From an uncultured virus (IMG/VR IMGVR_UViG_3300030101_002968) (lineage: Duplodnaviria; Heunggongvirae; Uroviricota; Caudoviricetes), in the IMG/VR virus record IMGVR_UViG_3300030101_002968, positions 50,894-70,893 of that record: a stretch of 20,000 bases of DNA; one strand, 5' to 3'. A program made the translations under genes and the position numbers. Every line of letters starts with the position of its first letter. Within the stretch, counting starts at the first letter, position 1. This document shows, piece after piece, positions 15,372-20,000 of this stretch. The notes under the pieces are model-generated. The model was not told where the DNA came from. It saw only the letters and a program-made list of their open reading frames with translations, and did not search any database.

Positions 15372-15454
15372 TGACGTTTGCAATATGTTGCTGGTTAGCA
15401 CTTATAATATGGTGCATAATAGAAACTTTTTTAACAATTAAAAATAGAAATTAA
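15371..15454 (+). CDS. Putative membrane micropeptide (27 aa)
   Basis: MTFAICCWLALIIWCIIETFLTIKNRN*; TAATG coupling with the upstream stop. Confidence 0.5.
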   Translation: MTFAICCWLALIIWCIIETFLTIKNRN

Positions 15455-15455
15455 T

Positions 15456-15623
15456 ATGAATATAACTCAAGAAGAATTTGACGCTTACGTAAAAGTACAA
15501 ATGTCAGGCGTAACTAATATGTTTAATGTATCAGTAGTATCAGACTACTCAGGATTAAGCAAAGATAAAATAATTGAAATAATGTCTAACTATAATACAT
15601 TAGCACAAAAATATGGCAACTAG
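15456..15623 (+). CDS. Small protein (55 aa), DUF5049-like SG.TNMF motif
   Basis: MNITQEEFDAYVKVQMSGVTNMFNVSVVSDYSGLSKDKIIEIMSNYNTLAQKYGN*. Confidence 0.7.
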   Translation: MNITQEEFDAYVKVQMSGVTNMFNVSVVSDYSGLSKDKIIEIMSNYNTLAQKYGN

Positions 15624-15984
15624 ATCAAGTATAAGATTTGCCACGCGTGAGCCTGGTGTTAACTTTAATTTAATGCCTGAAAAAGTACACGCTAATTTTT
15701 ACGCACACTGGGATGGTTATCCATCACACAGAGGTGTAGAAATAGCTGAGTCATTGTTAGGCAAAGGTAAAATTGAAGGTTGGGAGGTTGAATCTTTAAC
15801 TCACAACCATACTGACCTTGAACATATATACTACGTATGGCAAGCGCCGGGTAAAGACACGTGGATTAGTATATTTAGTAGACATGGCTGGACAGATACA
15901 GCTGATGACTGGCTATGTACTTTTGTTGGCACACCTGAAATGTTAATTCAAAAATACAAAACAAAAACAGATGACGAAAGATAA
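15613..15984 (+). CDS. Phage protein with Y.H.DGYP motif, function unknown
   Basis: 123 aa; MATRSSI...FYAHWDGYPSHRGVEIAE...DLEHIYYV. Confidence 0.8.
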   Translation: MATRSSIRFATREPGVNFNLMPEKVHANFYAHWDGYPSHRGVEIAESLLGKGKIEGWEVESLTHNHTDLEHIYYVWQAPGKDTWISIFSRHGWTDTADDWLCTFVGTPEMLIQKYKTKTDDER

Positions 15985-16240
15985 TATAAATGAACTAGCT
16001 AATTTAATTGTTAGTAAATTAATATCACAAACAAAGTCAATGGACGAATTTATACAAGAAATCGAACAAAAATCTGTTATTGATACACTAGAACTAGACG
16101 AAGAGTGCCTAACACTAGGCGAAGTTGCTAGACTGTATACTATGATGGATATATGTAAACAAGATGAACAGTATGAAAAATGTGCCATAATTAAATCAGA
16201 AATAGATAGATGCAAACAAATACTAAAAAAATACAAATGA
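15971..16240 (+). CDS. Helical protein with a C-terminal UVR (UvrB/UvrC)-like motif
   Basis: 89 aa; MDICKQDEQYEKCAIIKSEIDR resembles E.YE.AA.IRD.I. Confidence 0.6.
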   Translation: MTKDNINELANLIVSKLISQTKSMDEFIQEIEQKSVIDTLELDEECLTLGEVARLYTMMDICKQDEQYEKCAIIKSEIDRCKQILKKYK

Positions 16241-17063
16241 GAAAAAAACCAATGTTAGCTTACCCTGTAAGCGATAAACCAATAGACTATACTAAACCAG
16301 TATTTATACAACCAAAGCTTGACGGCGTTAGGTGTTTGATACAGTATGAAGGTGGTGGTATATGCAAAGCATATTCACGCACAGGTAAAGTATGGCAAAA
16401 CATTGACCATATACTAATAGAACNNNNNNNNNNAATGTAATACTCGATGGCGAATTATATAATCACGATTTTAAAGACGATTTCGAGTCTATCATATCTA
16501 TGGTCAGAAAAACAAAACCAACAGACGAGGACAGATCTATATCACGTCACAACGTACAATTTCATTGTTATGATATAGTTGATGAAGATATGCGCTTTGA
16601 TGATCGTGCTGAGTTTATCGCAAAGCATGTTCCTGAAAGTTATTGTGTACATCACGTTGAAACATTACAAACTGATGAAGCAAGTGCTAACTTTATTCAC
16701 ACACAAAACAAAGAAGCAGGTTACGAAGGTTCAATACTTCGTTCTAACAATAAATATCAATGCAAACGTTCACATGCCCTACGTAAATTTAAAGACTTTA
16801 GCGATGCCGAAGCTACGATCGTAGGCTACTTAGATGGTAAAGGCAAAAGGACTGGCACGCTTGGCAAGTTCATAATGATGGACGACAATGGTGTAGAGTT
16901 CGGGTGTCCACCGGGCAAAGGTTATACTTACAAACAACTTGGCACAATGTTAGAGAACATTGGCGACTACATCGGTCAACGTGCTACCTTTACCTTCTTT
17001 GAACGTACTAAAGCAGGCAGTTACAGACACCCATTATTTAAATGTATTAGAAATTATGAATAG
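16237..17063 (+). CDS. ATP-dependent DNA ligase, one gene interrupted by a 10-N assembly gap (16424-16433)
   Basis: PMLA; motif I QPKLDGVR; NVILDGELY right after the gap; FHCYD; GYEGSILR; KRS..LRKFK; OB-fold end YRHPLFKCIR. Confidence 0.93.
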
Positions 17064-17265
17064 TATACACACATTATTAACAATAGCAATAGCGCTTTGT
17101 GCATTTATGCTAGGTGTGACAATAGCTGGTTATAACCAGTTTAACGCTCCACCACCTGAGCATTTTGCTATACACAACCGCGCATTAAACTACACAGACA
17201 AAGACTGCTACACTAAATCAGATGTAGAACTTATTGTCTTTGGTAAAGTATTAGATTATGAATAG
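17056..17265 (+). CDS. Small membrane-anchored protein (69 aa)
   Basis: Likely start ATG 17056 (MNSIHTLLTIAIALCAFMLGVTIAG...); the track's 16960 start overlaps the ligase. Confidence 0.65.
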   Translation: MNSIHTLLTIAIALCAFMLGVTIAGYNQFNAPPPEHFAIHNRALNYTDKDCYTKSDVELIVFGKVLDYE

Positions 17266-17362
17266 AAACGAACAACAAATGTATAAGGACATTAGCGACT
17301 TAACTAAAGCTTTGACTAAGCTAGTTAAGTTGTTAGAAAAAATGGCTAAACAACAAATATGA
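17258..17362 (+). CDS. Small coiled-coil peptide (34 aa)
   Basis: MNRNEQQMYKDISDLTKALTKLVKLLEKMAKQQI*; ATGA overlap with 17359. Confidence 0.6.
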   Translation: MNRNEQQMYKDISDLTKALTKLVKLLEKMAKQQI

Positions 17363-17847
17363 ATATATTTTATTTAGATGAAGATCCAAAAGTTGCTGCG
17401 ATACTTCAATACAACAAACATGTAGTTAAAATGATACTCGAGTCAGCCCAGATGCTGTGTACTGCTCATCACGTATACGGTAATGAAGAACAAAAAGAGA
17501 ACGTCCCATATAAACAAGCTCATTTAAACCACCCATCAACAATATGGTGTAGGCAAAGTATACCTAATTATATGTGGTTGTATGAGCATATGCTAGCTCT
17601 GGGCCACGAGTACACACACAGATATGGTAAAGTACACAAAAGCATTACTAAATGTAAAGACTTTTTGGCTACACCACCAAGGCATATACAAGATGATGAG
17701 TTTACACAACCACCACAAGCTATGCCAGATGAATACAAAGCTGAATGTAGTATTGAAGCTTATTGGAATTATTATATAGGCGAGAAACACACGATCGCTG
17801 CTAAAGACGAAATGATATATGAGAGACAAATTAAAACAAAGAATTAA
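17359..17847 (+). CDS. Pyrimidine-dimer DNA glycosylase-like phage protein
   Basis: MNIFYLDEDP, KHVVKMILESAQMLCTAH, YKQAHLNHPSTIW, EYTHRYGKVH, PPQAMPDEYK motifs of this widespread phage family. Confidence 0.75.
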   Translation: MNIFYLDEDPKVAAILQYNKHVVKMILESAQMLCTAHHVYGNEEQKENVPYKQAHLNHPSTIWCRQSIPNYMWLYEHMLALGHEYTHRYGKVHKSITKCKDFLATPPRHIQDDEFTQPPQAMPDEYKAECSIEAYWNYYIGEKHTIAAKDEMIYERQIKTKN

Positions 17848-17944
17848 AGAATTTAATAATATTAAATTCAACGGTAACAACAATAAAAGAATAGTTGTTG
17901 CAACATTAAAACCACAGAGGACTGTGACAACAGCCTCTAAATAA
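17819..17944 (+). CDS. Putative small basic protein (41 aa)
   Basis: MRDKLKQRIKEFNNIKFNGNNNKRIVVATLKPQRTVTTASK* fills the gap before the HTH gene. Confidence 0.4.
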   Translation: MRDKLKQRIKEFNNIKFNGNNNKRIVVATLKPQRTVTTASK

Positions 17945-17969
17945 ATATAAGTAACAGGCTAATGTCACA
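17923..17969. promoter_or_regulatory. 47-bp inverted-repeat protein-binding site B, overlapping the ATG of the HTH gene
   Basis: TGTGACAACAGCCTCTAAATAAATATAAGTAACAGGCTAATGTCACA; the 14-bp arms are 12/14 complementary; ATG 17962 lies in the right arm. Confidence 0.75.
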
Positions 17970-18579
17970 AAGAAACCTTAGATACCTTAATAATAACCGC
18001 ATCGTATATAGACGATTGCCAACCACAGACAAACCAACACAAGAAACGGATGTGTACATGTACTATGAACATGGTACGTACCAATGCTACGAGTTGTTTA
18101 GGTCATCAGCAAAGATTACAACATATAAATCTTTAAAATGGCATTTGTTAGTATTATGGTATCTAAACCCACAACTTGATCAAGATGAGTTCCTACGACT
18201 TGCTCAAGTAATTACACACAAGCCAAATGGCTTTGTAACTTTTAATGTAGGAGAAAAATTGTTAGACAAAATAGTTTATGAAGTTAGCATGCTAGACCTT
18301 GATGAACCACCTAAAAATAGATTACGTAAGGTTATATTTAAACCGTTCACTCGCACAAGTAAAGAGGATAAACTGCGTATCGTAGGTAAATTAATAGGTA
18401 GATCAATTAAAGTATGTGCCGACGATATTTATGAAGTTATGATAGACTTAAACGATATGGGTAAAAAAATAACCATAGGTAGAATAGCAGGACTACTTGA
18501 TTGTTCTAGCAGAACCATACATAGAAATATGTGTGTACAATTAAAAAGAGAAAAAGAATTATTAAATAAACAATTATGA
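17962..18579 (+). CDS. DNA-binding protein with C-terminal helix-turn-helix (possible replication initiator or regulator)
   Basis: 205 aa; KKITIGRIAGLLDCSSRTIHRNM is a canonical HTH. Confidence 0.75.
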   Translation: MSQRNLRYLNNNRIVYRRLPTTDKPTQETDVYMYYEHGTYQCYELFRSSAKITTYKSLKWHLLVLWYLNPQLDQDEFLRLAQVITHKPNGFVTFNVGEKLLDKIVYEVSMLDLDEPPKNRLRKVIFKPFTRTSKEDKLRIVGKLIGRSIKVCADDIYEVMIDLNDMGKKITIGRIAGLLDCSSRTIHRNMCVQLKREKELLNKQL

Positions 18580-19334
18580 AAAGCTATCACATACAAAATT
18601 ATATAAGATACAAGAAAGATCTTGAACAAGCTTTAAAAAAAATACCAGACTTACCATATAATGAGTACACAAGAGAACAACTTATAATTAAATTTATGCC
18701 TCTTGTAGAAAATTTAGCTCGTAAGTTTTCAACTTCACAGCAAGCCTCAGGTGTTATGTCTATAATGGATTTAATATCAGAAGGTCATGCTGGTTTAATT
18801 GCAGCCATAAATAAAATAGAGTGGCATGTATTGTCAGACTCAGATGATATTGAAAAAACTATTAAATCGTTTTTATCAAAACGTATTAAAGGTGCAATAC
18901 GTAGAGGTATTGATATTAACAGAGGTGACATGCGCATACCTGAACACAAACTAAATGAAATACGTAAAAACTTTGGCGATGACAAAAAAGCAGTTCAAAT
19001 GTTTTTTAACTCAGTGTTTTCAAGTATTGACGAAAAGCCAAGAGACGACGCTAATATGATTTATCAAATACCAGATGAAACAAGTAAGTACAATAATGCT
19101 ATGTTAAATAGTTATTTGTTAGGTTTACTAAAACAACATTTATCTGAAAAAGAATATGACGTGTTAAGATTAAGTTACGGACTTGACTGTAATAAACACT
19201 CGGCAGATGAAATAGCAAAGAAACTAAACATAAATGGCAGTAGCTCTTATGTGCGTGTTTCACAGTTAAAAAAACAAGCAATAGATAGATTAATAGATAC
19301 AGTAGATCACTCACAAGTGATTGATTTTCTGTAA
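18576..19334 (+). CDS. Sigma70-family RNA polymerase sigma factor (phage-encoded)
   Basis: Region 2: LVENLARKF...IMDLISEGHAGLIAAINK, then MRIPEH. Region 4: LSEKEYDVLRLSYGL...SADEIAKKLNI...VRVSQLKKQAIDRL. Confidence 0.9.
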   Translation: MKSYHIQNYIRYKKDLEQALKKIPDLPYNEYTREQLIIKFMPLVENLARKFSTSQQASGVMSIMDLISEGHAGLIAAINKIEWHVLSDSDDIEKTIKSFLSKRIKGAIRRGIDINRGDMRIPEHKLNEIRKNFGDDKKAVQMFFNSVFSSIDEKPRDDANMIYQIPDETSKYNNAMLNSYLLGLLKQHLSEKEYDVLRLSYGLDCNKHSADEIAKKLNINGSSSYVRVSQLKKQAIDRLIDTVDHSQVIDFL

Positions 19335-19343
19335 GTTATAAAC

Positions 19344-19375
19344 TTAAAAGCGGTACATAAATGTGTAACTATATA
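19344..19375 (+). promoter_or_regulatory. Putative middle/late promoter (TTAA-N16-TGTAACTATATA)
   Basis: In the gap between the sigma and ERF genes; resembles the motif at 11746-11776 on the minus strand. Confidence 0.45.
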
Positions 19376-19394
19376 TATACTAAACCAATAAACC

Positions 19395-19958
19395 ATGAAT
19401 AATTTAAACCTTAAATTAGCTGAGATACAAACAAAGCTTAAAGCTAAAAAATCCAGCTATAATAGTTTCGGTAAATATTACTTTCGTAAAGCCGAAGACA
19501 TTCTAGAGGCTATAAAGCCTTTCTTATTAGAACATGGCGTTAGTGTTACAGTAAACGAAGAACTAATTGTAAACGACCCTGTTCCAACAATAAAATCAAC
19601 AGCAACTATTACAGACGGCGCCAATGCTATACATGCAACGGCAATAGTCGGCGTAGACTTACAACAAAAAGGTATGCAAACAGCTCAACAGTTTGGTGCA
19701 GCCTCTTCGTATGGCAAGAAGTATTGCCTTGGTAATCTATTTTTAATTGATGACACACAAGACAGTGATGCTACAAATGATCACGGTAAAAAGTCACCAG
19801 CTGTTGCTAAAATAAAACAAGCAGCAAAGCCAGCTATAACAAAAGATCAAATGGCTAAAGCTGTAGAGTACGTAGCAGCCGGCGGTAAAGTTGATGCTAT
19901 AGAATCTAAATATAAACTAACAGATGAACAAAGAAAAAATCTTACAAAGACTTTGTAA
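19395..19958 (+). CDS. erf: ERF-family single-strand annealing protein
   Basis: LKAKKSSYNSFGKYYFRKAEDILEAIKP and AQQFGAASSYGKKYCLGNLFLIDD..DSD motifs. Confidence 0.9.
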   Translation: MNNLNLKLAEIQTKLKAKKSSYNSFGKYYFRKAEDILEAIKPFLLEHGVSVTVNEELIVNDPVPTIKSTATITDGANAIHATAIVGVDLQQKGMQTAQQFGAASSYGKKYCLGNLFLIDDTQDSDATNDHGKKSPAVAKIKQAAKPAITKDQMAKAVEYVAAGGKVDAIESKYKLTDEQRKNLTKTL

Positions 19959-20000
19959 CGATGAAGACTATTACGGTGAGTTTGGTAATCAGTTCTTGTC
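19924..20000 (+). CDS. Start of the next gene, probably a PD-(D/E)XK (RecE/exonuclease VIII-like) nuclease, partial
   Basis: MNKEKILQRLCNDEDYYGEFGNQFL(S); the EDYY...LS N-terminus and position after ERF fit an exonuclease partner, but only 25 codons are visible. Confidence 0.45.
   Translation, partial: MNKEKILQRLCNDEDYYGEFGNQFL

Noticed and set aside
16210..17063. DNA ligase apparently split into two ORFs (pseudogene, frameshift or intron)
   Set aside because: The break coincides with a 10-N scaffold gap (16424-16433). Motif I precedes it and LDGEL follows it immediately, so this is an assembly artefact.
11780..17969. 47-bp sites as ends of a transposon or invertible segment
   Set aside because: No transposase or recombinase in the window, no evident target-site duplication, and site B overlaps a start codon. 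A protein-binding site is more parsimonious, though inversion was not tested.
12078..19314. Minus-strand ORFs 12078, 12431, 13473, 13529, 13895, 15943, 17593, 18429, 18785 and 19099, and plus-strand 16579..16824
   Set aside because: Shadows of plus-strand genes or promoters; their hydrophobic look reflects the complement of A-rich coding DNA.
1..20000. Stop-codon reassignment as seen in some crAss-like phages
   Set aside because: Long conserved genes are intact in the standard code, and TAA, TAG and TGA all end genes at tightly coupled junctions.

Overview
AT-rich tailed-phage genome segment, most likely a virus of marine Bacteroidota/Flavobacteria (inferred from A-rich, Shine-Dalgarno-less start regions and gene content). 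Two divergent arms meet at a non-coding junction at about 11.75-12.17 kb. The minus-strand arm (1-11742) is late/structural: Lys-rich microproteins, GroEL, GroES, a winged-helix protein, a 3-TM holin, and tail-fibre/tailspike genes, one with a G8 plus beta-helix-like architecture and one running off the left edge. The plus-strand arm (12175-20000) is early/middle: many small ORFs, a TraR/DksA-type Zn finger, an ATP-dependent DNA ligase interrupted only by an assembly gap, a pyrimidine-dimer glycosylase-like protein, an HTH protein, a sigma70-like factor, an ERF annealing protein and the start of a probable exonuclease. The most interesting signals are non-coding: (i) a ~196-nt RNA-like element with many potential pseudoknots (14615-14810); (ii) a minimal tRNA-elbow mimic lacking an anticodon arm (12454-12494); (iii) two 47-bp TGTGACA-N33-TGTCACA sites, one over the start codon of the HTH gene and one next to the putative late promoter; (iv) five copies of a fixed-spacing 36-bp bipartite early promoter-like motif. 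All family assignments are by motif recognition, not database search.
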